A stretch of DNA of 64,000 nucleotides from Minisyncoccota bacterium (GCA_041664605.1 JBAYKO010000001.1:9220-73219); one strand, 5' to 3'. Positions 29,454-39,832 are shown, counted from the first letter of the stretch. Numbers and translations are program-made. The notes: a model not told the origin generated them from the letters alone.

Positions 29454-29565
29454 GATTTTCCTAATATAAAAACCCGCCAGATGTGGCGGGTTTTGTTGTA
29501 TTGACAAAAATGATTAATGATATAGACTCTGTTTAGAAAATAGTTCTTATTTAAATTTTGAATAT

Positions 29566-29949
29566 ATGAAGAATGTTTTTGTTGAAGACTACTCTAGTCG
29601 TCATAGCCTTGACGCAATGATTGTATTAACCAAAGTTTATAAAGATAAAGCAATTGTCTTTGGGGGATCATACCTGCCCGAAATAATAGGAAAATGGGAT
29701 TTAATTTTTGTTAATGTCCATAAGATAGTTGATGAAAACAAACCATTTGATCTTGAAGAAGTTGCAACGATGTGTGGAAAAGAAGATTGCAAAAAGATTA
29801 TTTTTTCATCAAACAAAGTGCTTCTTGATGAAATGCGGAATCGTTATGGTTCTAAAGATAATTTTTTCTTTCTTAATAATTCTGTTCTTATGTATGCATT
29901 CGGTGATGATAAAACTGCTATTGATCAACTTCTATCATTTTTGTTATAG
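29566..29949 (+). CDS. Hypothetical protein
   Basis: 127 aa, own promoter and terminator. Confidence 0.6.
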   Translation: MKNVFVEDYSSRHSLDAMIVLTKVYKDKAIVFGGSYLPEIIGKWDLIFVNVHKIVDENKPFDLEEVATMCGKEDCKKIIFSSNKVLLDEMRNRYGSKDNFFFLNNSVLMYAFGDDKTAIDQLLSFLL

Positions 29950-30033
29950 ATAATATTAACCCCGTTCCGGCCAAAGTCGGAACGGGGTTTGTTTTTTACT
30001 GGAATTTTAATGATTTTTTGGTAAGATGATTCT

Positions 30034-31860
30034 ATGGCGAATTTAAGCAATATAAGAAATTTTAGTATTATAGCTCACATTGATCACGGTAAGTCAACTT
30101 TGGCTGACCGGATGTTAGAAATTACTCACACTATTGAAGCAAGAAAAATGCGAGATCAGGTGCTAGACAATATGGAACTTGAAAGAGAAAGAGGAATAAC
30201 TATTAAAATGCAACCTGTCAGAATGGATTATGAGACAGGTGGGAAAAAATATATTTTAAATTTAATTGATACTCCGGGGCATATAGATTTCTCTTATGAG
30301 GTTTCGCGTGCCCTAAAGGCTGTAGAAGGCTCAATTCTTTTAATTGATGCAACTCAAGGGGTTCAAGCCCAAACATTAACCACGCTTAATATGGCTCGTG
30401 AGAGTGGTCTTGTGCTTATTCCTGTACTTTCTAAAGTTGATTCACCACTAGCTAGAATTGATGAAATAAAAATGGAAGTAGCTTTGCTTTTAGATATTGA
30501 TCCAGACGAAATTTTGGAAGTTTCAGGAAAAACAGGCGAGGGAGTAGAGAATTTACTTAAAGCAATTATTGAAAAAATTCCCGAGCCCAAATTAATTCAA
30601 GAAATAAAAGATAGTAGTCAAGCACTAGTTTTTGATTTTAAATACGATAGCCATAGAGGAGTTATTGTTTATGTGCGTGTTTTTGCTGGTTCAATAAAAA
30701 AAGGGGACTCACTTTTGTTTTGTGTTTCAAGAGAAAAATTTATTTCTCTTGAAGTCGGTATATTTTCTCCTGAAGAAAATCCGAAAGACTCCATTGATGT
30801 CGGGGAGATTGGATATATTGTGACAGGAATCAAAAGACCAGGAATCGCTTCTGTTGGAGATACTATTACTCATAATAAAAAACCACTTAAAGCATTGCCG
30901 GGTTATATGAATCCAAAGCCGGTTGTTTGGGCATCAGTTTATCCTGAAGACTCAGATCAATTTCCTGATTTAAAACTCGCACTTTCAAGACTTCGTTTAT
31001 CTGACTCAGCTTTTTCTTATGAGGAAGAATCATCTGGAACACTTGGAAAAGGTTTTCGTTGTGGATTTTTGGGAATGTTACATTTGGAAATAATCACAGA
31101 AAGATTAAGAAGGGAATTTAATCTGGAGTTGGTGGTAACCACGCCGTCTATTACATACAAGGTAATTTTAAAAAATGGAAAAGAGCAGATTGTTTATTCA
31201 CCTCACTTTTTTCCAGAAGATGGACAAATAGTGAAAGTTTATGAGCCGTGGGTTTCAGTAAAAATTATTACTCCTCAAATATATTCAGGACAACTAATGC
31301 CGTTTCTTTTTGACCATGAAGCAGAAGTTCACACAACAGAAAATTTCGGAGATAATCGTTCGGCCATAAGTTTTGAAATGCCACTTCGTGAATTGATGAG
31401 AAACTTTTTTGATGATTTAAAAAGTCTGACTTCTGGTTATGGATCTATTTCTTATGAAATTGGAGAATATAGAGAGGCTGATGTTGTTAGACTAGATATC
31501 TTAGTAGCAGATGAGTCAATGTTGGCTTTTTGTAGAGTAGTTTCAAGAAGGAGAGTTGAAGAAGAAGCTCGAAGCCAAGTAGAAAAACTAAAAGGAATAA
31601 TTCCGCGCCAGCAATTTGCTTTTAAAATCCAAGGGAAAGCATTAGGCAGAATTATTGCTTCTGAATCAGTTTCAGCCTTTAGAAAAGATGTTTTGATGCA
31701 CGGAAGTAAGGTTGTGGGTGGTGGAGATGTTACTCGAAAGAAGAAACTTCTAGAAAAACAAAAAAGAGGAAAAGCTAAAATGAAAGAGCACGCAAGAGTG
31801 AACATTACGCAAGATGTATTTTTGAAAATGATGAGAAATAGTGGAAATGGGAAAAAATAG
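30034..31860 (+). CDS. lepA: Elongation factor 4
   Basis: IRNFSIIAHIDHGKSTLADR, GFRCGFLGMLH, RKKKLLEKQK. Confidence 0.98.
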   Translation: MANLSNIRNFSIIAHIDHGKSTLADRMLEITHTIEARKMRDQVLDNMELERERGITIKMQPVRMDYETGGKKYILNLIDTPGHIDFSYEVSRALKAVEGSILLIDATQGVQAQTLTTLNMARESGLVLIPVLSKVDSPLARIDEIKMEVALLLDIDPDEILEVSGKTGEGVENLLKAIIEKIPEPKLIQEIKDSSQALVFDFKYDSHRGVIVYVRVFAGSIKKGDSLLFCVSREKFISLEVGIFSPEENPKDSIDVGEIGYIVTGIKRPGIASVGDTITHNKKPLKALPGYMNPKPVVWASVYPEDSDQFPDLKLALSRLRLSDSAFSYEEESSGTLGKGFRCGFLGMLHLEIITERLRREFNLELVVTTPSITYKVILKNGKEQIVYSPHFFPEDGQIVKVYEPWVSVKIITPQIYSGQLMPFLFDHEAEVHTTENFGDNRSAISFEMPLRELMRNFFDDLKSLTSGYGSISYEIGEYREADVVRLDILVADESMLAFCRVVSRRRVEEEARSQVEKLKGIIPRQQFAFKIQGKALGRIIASESVSAFRKDVLMHGSKVVGGGDVTRKKKLLEKQKRGKAKMKEHARVNITQDVFLKMMRNSGNGKK

Positions 31861-31869
31861 ACTAGATAT

Positions 31870-31971
31870 TTATTGCACAGCGTAAAGCATTACCATGCTG
31901 ATAATAACTAGAATACAAACCACTGACCATATAATCTGAACTTTTTTCTGATGTTTTTTATTGAAAAGCAT
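31870..31971 (-). CDS. 33-aa single-TM small protein (not in ORF track)
   Basis: MLFNKKHQKKVQIIWSVVCILVIISMVMLYAVQ*. Confidence 0.5.
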   Translation of the reverse strand: MLFNKKHQKKVQIIWSVVCILVIISMVMLYAVQ

Positions 31972-32099
31972 TATTTTTTAATAAGCCATATTTAGGCTAT
32001 AATTAATTTCGTAACAAATTTATCCAGCACTAAATTATTAAATTGAACCTCAATAATTTATAAAACCACTATTTAGTGCTGGATAAACTATATCAAAAG

Positions 32100-32480
32100 A
32101 TGGCTAATTTTCAAAGAAAAAACAAATATAAAAATGTTTTATATTCTAAAGTTTCCATAGTTATTTTAGGGTTACTTACTCTTTTTCTTTTAGTTGGCGT
32201 TATAAGTATGATAAGAAAGACAAGAGAAGCTTATATAAATAAAGAAGTTACAAAAGAAAAATTGGCTGAATTGAAAGATCAAAAAGGATTATTAGAAAAT
32301 GAAACAGCTAAATTAAAAACTGAGGAAGGGGTTGAAGAAAGTATTAGGGAAAAATTTAGAGTGGTAAAAGATGGTGAAGGGTTAGTAGTTATTACAGATG
32401 AAAAACCAAAAAAAGAAGAAATAGATAGTAGTAGAAAAGATGGTGGTTTTTGGCAATTTATAAAAAATATATTCAATTGA
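32100..32480 (+). CDS. Septum formation initiator (FtsL/DivIC-like); probable start ATG 32100
   Basis: TM, coiled coil, EESIREKF.VVKDGE. Confidence 0.75.
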   Translation: MANFQRKNKYKNVLYSKVSIVILGLLTLFLLVGVISMIRKTREAYINKEVTKEKLAELKDQKGLLENETAKLKTEEGVEESIREKFRVVKDGEGLVVITDEKPKKEEIDSSRKDGGFWQFIKNIFN

Positions 32481-32510
32481 CATTCCAACATTCTGTAGAA
32501 TGTTGGAATG
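32481..32510. repeat. Palindrome CATTCCAACATTCT-GT-AGAATGTTGGAATG
   Basis: Perfect 14-bp arms; related half copies inside tsaD. Confidence 0.8.
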
Positions 32511-32517
32511 TGAAATT

Positions 32518-32588
32518 GCGGGATTGGTTTAGTGGTAGAACGAGTCCTTCCCAAGGATTAGACACGAGTTCGATTCTCGTATCCCGCA
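32518..32588 (+). tRNA. tRNA-Gly(CCC)
   Basis: Acceptor gcgggat/atcccgc, anticodon loop ttCCCaa, GTTCGA. Confidence 0.95.
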
Positions 32589-32687
32589 CAAATTTTAGAT
32601 ATTTTCCTTACTTTAAAAATTCATGTATAATAGTTTTGTTAATAATTAAAAAAGATGATCTACGCCGTTGGCGGGATAAAAAATTAT

Positions 32688-32921
32688 ATGAAAAAAGTCC
32701 AAATTTTTAGTACACCGTCCTGTGTATATTGTGTAGCAGCCAAAAATTTCTTTAAAGAAAATCATATCGAATATGAGGAATTTAATGTTGCAGAAGATAT
32801 GGAAAAAAGAACAGAAATGATAAAAAGAAGCGGTCAAATGGGTGTTCCTGTAATTATTATAGAAAATGACATTGTAGTTGGATTCAATAAAGATAAAGTT
32901 GCTAATTTACTAGGATTATAA
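32688..32921 (+). CDS. Glutaredoxin-like (NrdH/YruB) protein; probable start 32688
   Basis: CVYC, GQMGVPVI. Confidence 0.9.
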   Translation: MKKVQIFSTPSCVYCVAAKNFFKENHIEYEEFNVAEDMEKRTEMIKRSGQMGVPVIIIENDIVVGFNKDKVANLLGL

Positions 32922-33099
32922 AAATTCCCCACTTTGGTGGGGTTTTTACATTGTGTTATATTAATTCTATTGTCCTCGTAGTTCAATGGACCCCAGCACT
33001 AAAATTTTAAATCGAATGTACTTAAAATTTAGTGCGGGGCGAGAAGTGATTATGTCATGATTTTTGTAATTAAATTCGGTTATATAAAAATAAAAGTAT

Positions 33100-33171
33100 G
33101 TCCTCGTAGTTCAATGGATAGAACAGCTCCGTCCTAAGGAGTAGATATAGGTTCGATTCCTGTCGAGGACA
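33100..33171 (+). tRNA. tRNA-Arg(CCT)
   Basis: Acceptor gtcctcg/cgaggac, loop gtCCTaa. Confidence 0.92.
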
Positions 33172-33333
33172 CAAATGTTGTTTGTGTTCGAGAAAGAATA
33201 AATTTATTTATTCTTGTGCAGGAATCGAAAGGATTTTCCATGTCGCAGATGGGAAAATCACCCGCGACAGTAGGGCGAGATTCCTGTCGAGGACACATTG
33301 GTATTTTCTGTTATTTTTGATAATATAAGCTAT

Positions 33334-33627
33334 ATGGATCCTGAAATAAAAGCTCTTTTTGAAGAGAACCTTAAGGTTAATAAAGAGAACAATGTAATAC
33401 TTAAAAAAATGCGAAGGTCTCAAAAAAGATCAGATTATTTGAGACTTTTTTATTGGCTGGTAATTATCGGTATAACAGCGGGTGCTTTTTATTTTATAAA
33501 TCCCTTTATTGGGAAAATTACTTCAATTCTTAGTAGTGGGACACAAATACAAGGTGCTCAAAATTTAAGTGGAAATTTATATGATTTGAATAAGATTAAG
33601 GATTTAATGAATCAAGTAAAAAAATAA
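33334..33627 (+). CDS. Hypothetical single-TM protein; probable start 33334
   Basis: Short coiled coil then TM. Confidence 0.7.
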   Translation: MDPEIKALFEENLKVNKENNVILKKMRRSQKRSDYLRLFYWLVIIGITAGAFYFINPFIGKITSILSSGTQIQGAQNLSGNLYDLNKIKDLMNQVKK

Positions 33628-33678
33628 AAGGGTTATCTTTTAACTTTATAACTTTATGAACTTTTAACTTATGTATAT

Positions 33679-33755
33679 GCCCAAGTAGCTCAGTTGGTTA
33701 GAGCATTCGCCTGAAGAGCGAGGGGTCGGCAGTTCGAATCTGCCCTTGGGCACCA
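33679..33755 (+). tRNA. tRNA-Phe(GAA), CCA encoded
   Basis: gcccaag/cttgggc-ACCA, loop ctGAAga. Confidence 0.96.
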
Positions 33756-33853
33756 AATAAAAAAAACATCTTCTTTGAAATTTGAGCAGAAGAGATTAAA
33801 GAAATATAAATAATAAAAACCCCGCTCCGATTTTGGTCGGAGCGGGGTTTTTA

Positions 33854-34345
33854 TTATACTGATTTTACTTTTAGATTTGTTTGTTTATTCTTGTCTATTT
33901 TCGGAAGTTTTATTATTAGAAGTCCGTGTTTTTCCATAGCCTCAGCATCTTCTGGTTCAATCTCTTGGGGAAGTAGGATTGATCGCGAGAATGATCCCCA
34001 ATATAATTCTTTTACAAAATAATTGTCATCGTTTATTGTCCTATTTACCTCTCTCCTTCCTTTGAGGTTTACCATGTCTCTTGTGATGTTTATACTTAAA
34101 TCTTCTGGTCTTACTCCTGCTACCATAGTTTGAATTACAATATCGGTTGGCGTCTGATATACATCAACAGAAAGTTGTCCGTCTTCCTCCTCTTCATTAA
34201 ATTCCTCCTCGTCGAAATCACCTGTAGTTGATTTTACAGAAAGTTTTCTCTTTTTGCTGGTTTCTTCTTCAATCCCTCTTTCATCTTCTTCGTCTAATCT
34301 AACACCTCCGGTTAATCTTTCAAAAAATGATCTTTTTTTTGCCAT
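33854..34345 (-). CDS. Hsp20/alpha-crystallin family protein
   Basis: VDVYQT, ELYWGSFSRSILLP, GLLIIKLPK. Confidence 0.92.
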   Translation of the reverse strand: MAKKRSFFERLTGGVRLDEEDERGIEEETSKKRKLSVKSTTGDFDEEEFNEEEEDGQLSVDVYQTPTDIVIQTMVAGVRPEDLSINITRDMVNLKGRREVNRTINDDNYFVKELYWGSFSRSILLPQEIEPEDAEAMEKHGLLIIKLPKIDKNKQTNLKVKSV

Positions 34346-34463
34346 CCCAATTAGAAATTAAAAACTTTTACTTAATATTATCTTAAATTTATAAAAGTAA
34401 TTAATTGTGATTATGTTTTTAAATTTTCCCATCAGTATATTTTTAATGGGACACGTAAATTTT

Positions 34464-35171
34464 TTAACGAACCCTAATTCTTAAATCTGGATCCATTCTT
34501 CTTAGTTTTTCAAAAAGTAACATTATAATAATAGTAATGACCCACAAGAATGAGAAAATATTTATAAGATTCCCCTTGTTGTTATTCATTATAAAAAAAT
34601 TAAAAATACTATGCAAGGAAATCGCAGCAATTATTCCACAAAATAAATAAATTCTTTTAACATAAACCTTTTTATAATAAAAAGCTAGTCCCAGTGATAT
34701 TCCAATTAAGGCACTAGATGAAGAATGAAGTAGTGTTGCACCCAAAAATCTTAAGTTTCCTGTAATTAAACTAACTGTTGTTTCATTTAGAAGTATTGGT
34801 TTTATTAAAAACATTGTATTTTCAAGAGCAGCAAAACCAAGAGCGGCAGTTATAAAATATATAGGATAGTCCACTGGTTCATCAAGGGAACTACTCTTTA
34901 ACGCGATTACAGCTACAGCTAAATATTTCATTATTTCTTCTAACATTGCCCAGATTACTGTTAAGTAATTTTTGTCAGTGATATTTGCGTTAGCCCATTT
35001 TTCAAGAGGTAAAACCAGTGCAACGGCAACCATCCCCAAAATAAAAGTAAGAAATAATAATCCTTTTGGTTCAGGTTCTTCTTTGTCTTGTTTTAACCAA
35101 AACCAAAGCCAAATCAAGGCCGGGATTGTTCCTGCAACCAATGCTATTATTAATATTTTTGGATTTTGCAT
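34464..35171 (-). CDS. prsW: PrsW family intramembrane protease
   Basis: EPEP, EEIMK, GFAALEN, two conserved His. Confidence 0.88.
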   Translation of the reverse strand: MQNPKILIIALVAGTIPALIWLWFWLKQDKEEPEPKGLLFLTFILGMVAVALVLPLEKWANANITDKNYLTVIWAMLEEIMKYLAVAVIALKSSSLDEPVDYPIYFITAALGFAALENTMFLIKPILLNETTVSLITGNLRFLGATLLHSSSSALIGISLGLAFYYKKVYVKRIYLFCGIIAAISLHSIFNFFIMNNNKGNLINIFSFLWVITIIIMLLFEKLRRMDPDLRIRVR

Positions 35172-35259
35172 AGATTAGGTTTTAGATAAGAATTTTCATT
35201 TTTTACTTTATAACCCCAGTAGTAGAGCAAAGCTCACTACGGGGCATGCTTTATAAACT

Positions 35260-37458
35260 TTATAACTTTCTACTTATTTGGGGCCAGGGTTCTACTATTA
35301 ATAAATTTTTATTTTTTTCTGGTAATAATCCCCAAATTTCTTCCGTAATAAAAGGCATAAAGGGATGAAGACAAACTAAAATTTTATTAAGTGTGTGTAA
35401 TAAAAACTGTCTCCTTGATAATTTTTCTTCTTCTGTTCCATTTTCAAATATTTTTTTACTATCTTCTAAAATTATATCTGCAAATTGGTGCCATGTATAA
35501 TGGTAAATTTTTTCAGAAGCAATATAGAATTTATAGTCGTCCATATCTTTAGTTATATCAACTATTAAATCATGTCTTTCTTTTTGTAAATCTAAATCTT
35601 TTTCCGAATAATTTTCAAAATTTTTGTCATATTTTATTTCTTTTGTGTTATCTAAAACAAATCTTGTTATATTCCAAATTTTATTTGCAAAGTGTTTATA
35701 TCCTTTTATTTCTTCTTCTGCTATTCTCATATCTATTCCAGGGCTTTTTGAAACAATAAGAGACATTCTAACAGCATCAGCTCCGTATTTTTCTATAACT
35801 TCAATAGGATTTATTCCATTGCCGAGTGATTTACTCATTTTCCTTCCTTGTTTATCTTTTACCATTCCATGGAGATAAACAGTGTTAAAAGGTTTTTCTC
35901 CTAAAATATATTCTGACATTAAAATCATTCTAGCTACCCAAAAGAAAAGTATGTCATACATTGTCTCTAGTACATTTGTTGGATGATAAGTTTTTAAATC
36001 TTCGGTTTTTTCCGGCCATCCCAAAGTTGAGAATGTCCAAAGACCAGATGAAAACCAAGTATCAAGTGTATCTTCATCTTGAATCCAGCCATCTTCTTTA
36101 GGTGCTTCTGTATTGCAATAAATTTCTTCACCCTTGTACCAAACAGGAATTCTGTGACCATACCAAATTTGTCTTGAAATACACCAATCACGCAGATTTT
36201 CAATCCAGTGAAAATAAGTTTTATCAAAATAATTAGGAATTAATTTGATTTCTTTATCACGAATTGGTTCCAACATTAATTCTTTAAGACTTTTGTCCCC
36301 GCGATTTTTAATTTTTTTATTAACATCAATAAACCATTGAAGTTTTGGCAATGGTTCAATTGTCCCACCAGTTCTATCCGCAACAGAAATGTTTTGTTCA
36401 ATTTCTTCTTCTTTTTCTAATAACCCTTCTTTTTTTAACCACTCAACAATAATTTCTCTAGCCTCAGTAGTTTTTTTGCCTTTCAAATTTTCGTTATCAA
36501 TCATCATTCGGGCTTTTTCATCAATAACTTGAATAATCGGTAAATTATTTTTTTGCGCCATTTCCCAGTCAATTACACTGTGAGCAGGGGTAACTCCAAG
36601 AGCGCCAGTTCCAAAACCTTTATCAACTTCATAGTCTGCAATTATTTTTATTTCTAATTTAACTCCGCAAAAATTATCTATAGTGTAAGTTTTACCAACA
36701 AATTCTTTGTAACGAGGATCGTCGGGGTGAACAGCAACAGCGGTATCACCAACCTTCGTTTCAGGCCTTGTTGTGGAAATTGAAATAGGGAAGTCTTTCG
36801 AATATTTAAAAGTATAAAATTTTGCTTTATTTGGTTTATGATCAACTTCATCATCAGAAACAACCGTTTGACCTTTGGGATCCCAGTTTACAATTCTAAG
36901 TCCTCTATAAATTAAACCGTCTTCATACATTTGTTTAAATGCTGTGCGAACGGCCAAGTTTCTTTTTTCATCAAATGTAAATGCTTCACGAGACCAATCC
37001 ATAGAAGAGCCCATTTTTTTTAATTGACCGATTATAGTGTTATGACTTTCGTCTGCGAATTTTTCAACTCTTTTTAAAAATTCCTCTCTTCCTAAATCAT
37101 ATCTTGATTTATTTTCTTTTTTTAACAGTTCTTTTTCAACAACTGATTGAGTTGCAATAGCAGCATGGTCAGTTCCTGGAACCCATAAAGTTCTTTTACC
37201 CCTCATTCTATTATAACGGATCATTATATCTTCAATTGTAGTACCTAATGCGTGACCCATGTGTAAAATTCCAGTTACATTAGCTGGGGGAAATGAAATA
37301 CAAAAAGATTCGGCGTTTTTTTCTGTAAAACCTTTTTCTATACAAATATCAGGATTAAAAAGCCCACTTTCTTCCCAAAGTTTATAAATACGAGACTCAG
37401 TTTCTTTTGGGTCATAAGGTTTTAAAAGTTTTTCATTTATATTATTTTCTAGTGCCAT
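35260..37458 (-). CDS. valS: Valine-tRNA ligase (short, no C-terminal coiled coil)
   Basis: PPANVTG.LHMGH, DWCISRQ, KMSKS. Confidence 0.97.
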   Translation of the reverse strand: MALENNINEKLLKPYDPKETESRIYKLWEESGLFNPDICIEKGFTEKNAESFCISFPPANVTGILHMGHALGTTIEDIMIRYNRMRGKRTLWVPGTDHAAIATQSVVEKELLKKENKSRYDLGREEFLKRVEKFADESHNTIIGQLKKMGSSMDWSREAFTFDEKRNLAVRTAFKQMYEDGLIYRGLRIVNWDPKGQTVVSDDEVDHKPNKAKFYTFKYSKDFPISISTTRPETKVGDTAVAVHPDDPRYKEFVGKTYTIDNFCGVKLEIKIIADYEVDKGFGTGALGVTPAHSVIDWEMAQKNNLPIIQVIDEKARMMIDNENLKGKKTTEAREIIVEWLKKEGLLEKEEEIEQNISVADRTGGTIEPLPKLQWFIDVNKKIKNRGDKSLKELMLEPIRDKEIKLIPNYFDKTYFHWIENLRDWCISRQIWYGHRIPVWYKGEEIYCNTEAPKEDGWIQDEDTLDTWFSSGLWTFSTLGWPEKTEDLKTYHPTNVLETMYDILFFWVARMILMSEYILGEKPFNTVYLHGMVKDKQGRKMSKSLGNGINPIEVIEKYGADAVRMSLIVSKSPGIDMRIAEEEIKGYKHFANKIWNITRFVLDNTKEIKYDKNFENYSEKDLDLQKERHDLIVDITKDMDDYKFYIASEKIYHYTWHQFADIILEDSKKIFENGTEEEKLSRRQFLLHTLNKILVCLHPFMPFITEEIWGLLPEKNKNLLIVEPWPQISRKL

Positions 37459-37543
37459 ATATGGGTATAATATAACATTTTAAAGGGATTTTTGAAATAA
37501 TTTTTGAAACTACACCCGCACACTTAGAATTAAGTGTGCGGGG

Positions 37544-37571
37544 TTGACAAAAAAACTAGGTTTGTTATACT
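37544..37571 (+). promoter_or_regulatory. Near-consensus sigma70 promoter with no nearby ORF
   Basis: TTGACA...tgtTATACT. Confidence 0.7.
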
Positions 37572-37577
37572 GTATGC

Positions 37578-38085
37578 AGATTTGATGGTCGTTTTATTAA
37601 ACTCTCTTTAAACAGTAGTTGGCTAGCGCAGGCCCATCCCGCGGAAACATTAGGGTGAGACTCCCTATAGAAAACGAGCTAGCCAATTGCTGATGGATTT
37701 TAATAAACACTTTAGTTTTTTAAATAATATAAATTTATAAAGATAGTAGTTGGTCACCATAGGCTGTGACAACTCAGGCATTGTTAGTTTGATTCTTAAT
37801 AACTTTGCCAACATGGATTATCTGATGATCAGGGATCCAGTGTCTTTCAGACAAACAAAGGTTCATCTTTCATTTTTAAGAATCCGAAAGAAATCCACGA
37901 TGGAATTCTTCTCGTCATTAAATTTGGATCTTTGTTTTTCTTTTTTAAATATATTTTCCAGACAAGGTTTTACCTTGAAAGGACTTTGTGGGAAGACCCA
38001 CTGTTACTAAAAAGAAAAGCCTCCAGAATGGAAGGAGAAACGGCTTTTAGAGACACACACGCGAGTAATCGCGTGTTTTTGTTTT
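37578..38085 (+). ncRNA. Candidate long structured ncRNA(s)
   Basis: Promoter, many stems, terminator cacgcga-gtaa-tcgcgtg-tttt; no credible ORF. Confidence 0.45.
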
Positions 38086-38157
38086 TATTGACAAAAACAT
38101 TTAATATGATAAATTATCAAACAGATAAATAAGTTATTCACGTTAAATATTCTGTGT

Positions 38158-38370
38158 ATGGAAAATTTCAAAACTCCCAAAATAAGTATTAATTTTATCC
38201 CATGGCTTTTGTTTGTGGGAATATGGACTGCATCACTCTTTATGAATGTATTTGTGTTTAGAACAGATACTTATCTGTATGTGAACGTAGTAGTTTCGAT
38301 TCCCCTCACTATTTGGGGAATTGCGTTGTGGATAAAAGATCACAGAATGAAACATTATCGTTTGTCGTGA
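38158..38370 (+). CDS. Small 2-TM protein (ORFan cassette)
   Basis: TTGACA/TATGAT promoter, terminator. Confidence 0.55.
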   Translation: MENFKTPKISINFIPWLLFVGIWTASLFMNVFVFRTDTYLYVNVVVSIPLTIWGIALWIKDHRMKHYRLS

Positions 38371-38459
38371 TTTTTAAACATTAAATTATTAAAAACACCC
38401 TTTCATGGGTGTTTTTGTTTTTATTCCTCACAATTTTAATTTTTAAAATAGTGAGGGGT

Positions 38460-39653
38460 TTACAATTCCAAATTTCCCTGAGCTCTCAAGGTTTTTGAAC
38501 TTACATTTTTAGATTTACTTCTAAAAAATCCGGCGATTGCTATCATTATAGAATTATCGGTTGATAGATCTTTGGCAGGGAAGTAGACTTTTAATTTTTT
38601 TGTATTTTTACAAACTTCTGTAAATGTTTCTCGAATTTTTTGATTAGCTGAAACTCCACCCCCAATAATTAAAGTTTTTGCTTTGTATTTTTCTACAGCA
38701 CCCATAGTTTTTTTAATCAAAACTTCTACAACGGAATCTTCAAACTCTTTTGCAATGTCTTTTTTCATTTGGTCATTTTGCAAAATGTTTGAATGTTGTT
38801 TCTCAAGATTGCGAATTAAATAAAAAACTGCAGTTTTTAATCCGGAAAAAGAAAAATCAAAATCTTTGGAATTTATCATAGGTCGGGGGAGCTTAATCAA
38901 ATCATTTTGTTTTCCGTTTTTTGCTAATTTTGAAATTTGTGGGCCACCAGGATAAGGAAGTCCAAGCATTCTAGCAACCTTGTCAAAAGCTTCACCAACT
39001 GCGTCGTCTCTCGTTTTTCCAATAACTTTATATTTTAACCAGTCTTTCATCAAAACAATTTCTGTATGCCCACCACTTATAAGTAGAGCCATAGCAGGGA
39101 ATTGAACTTTATTAATTTTTTTATCATCAATTAAAGTAGAAACCATATGACCTTCCATATGATTTACTGGGATTAATTTTTTTTTCCAAACAAAAGATAA
39201 AGCTTTTGCAAAATTCAGTCCAACCCAAAGTGCTGGCTCAAGTCCTGGTCCATAAGTAACAGCAATTGCATCAATTTTTGGAATTTTGATTTTGGGAATA
39301 AGATTTAAAAATTTTTCTAATAGTTCTGGTTCTCTTTCTAATATTTTATTTATTTTGTCATTTTGCAAAATGTTTGAATGTTGTTTTCGAAGAACTAAAA
39401 GTCTTGCTTCTTTTAAGACTCTTTCTAAAATAGGTATGATATTTTTTGAGTGTTCTCTTTTTGCCATCATAGGAAAAACACCCCCATACTTTTCATGGAT
39501 TTTAATTTGTGAAGCCACTTCATTCCCAAGAATTTTAAATTTTGCCTGCCCGCCAAAGCCTTGGCGACGGCGGGGATGTTTAATTGTCCCCGAAGCTTCT
39601 ATTATACTTATTGCTGTTTCATCACATGATGTCTCGATACTTAAAATTTTCAT
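38460..39653 (-). CDS. tsaD: t6A synthase subunit TsaD with repeat-derived insertions
   Basis: SIETSCDET, GPGL, NHMEGH, SGGHT, DDAVGEAFDK, TDN..MIA. Confidence 0.96.
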   Translation of the reverse strand: MKILSIETSCDETAISIIEASGTIKHPRRRQGFGGQAKFKILGNEVASQIKIHEKYGGVFPMMAKREHSKNIIPILERVLKEARLLVLRKQHSNILQNDKINKILEREPELLEKFLNLIPKIKIPKIDAIAVTYGPGLEPALWVGLNFAKALSFVWKKKLIPVNHMEGHMVSTLIDDKKINKVQFPAMALLISGGHTEIVLMKDWLKYKVIGKTRDDAVGEAFDKVARMLGLPYPGGPQISKLAKNGKQNDLIKLPRPMINSKDFDFSFSGLKTAVFYLIRNLEKQHSNILQNDQMKKDIAKEFEDSVVEVLIKKTMGAVEKYKAKTLIIGGGVSANQKIRETFTEVCKNTKKLKVYFPAKDLSTDNSIMIAIAGFFRSKSKNVSSKTLRAQGNLEL

Positions 39654-39832
39654 AATTAAAATCTAACGTATTTTTAATAAAAATACTATATCTGTTGTGG
39701 CTAGAAATAATTTTGTCGCCGTCGCTCAAAAATTTTTCCAGCCCTGACTCGTCTGTTTTTTCTACTGAAAAAACATGACTCCGTCTCTCACAGCTAAAAA
39801 ATTCAAAGTAGTTTGAATTTTTCTTTACGCTG

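Noticed and set aside
35260-37458. valS pseudogene because it is short
   Set aside because: All catalytic motifs are intact; only the C-terminal coiled coil is missing
37578-38085. RNase P RNA, tmRNA or SRP RNA
   Set aside because: No GAGGAAAGTCC, no tRNA-like ends, no complete SRP domain IV motif; only a weak gaaacggctt similarity
37750-38132. ORFs 37750-38010 and 37932-38132
   Set aside because: TTG starts, overlap each other and the terminator; better explained as structured RNA
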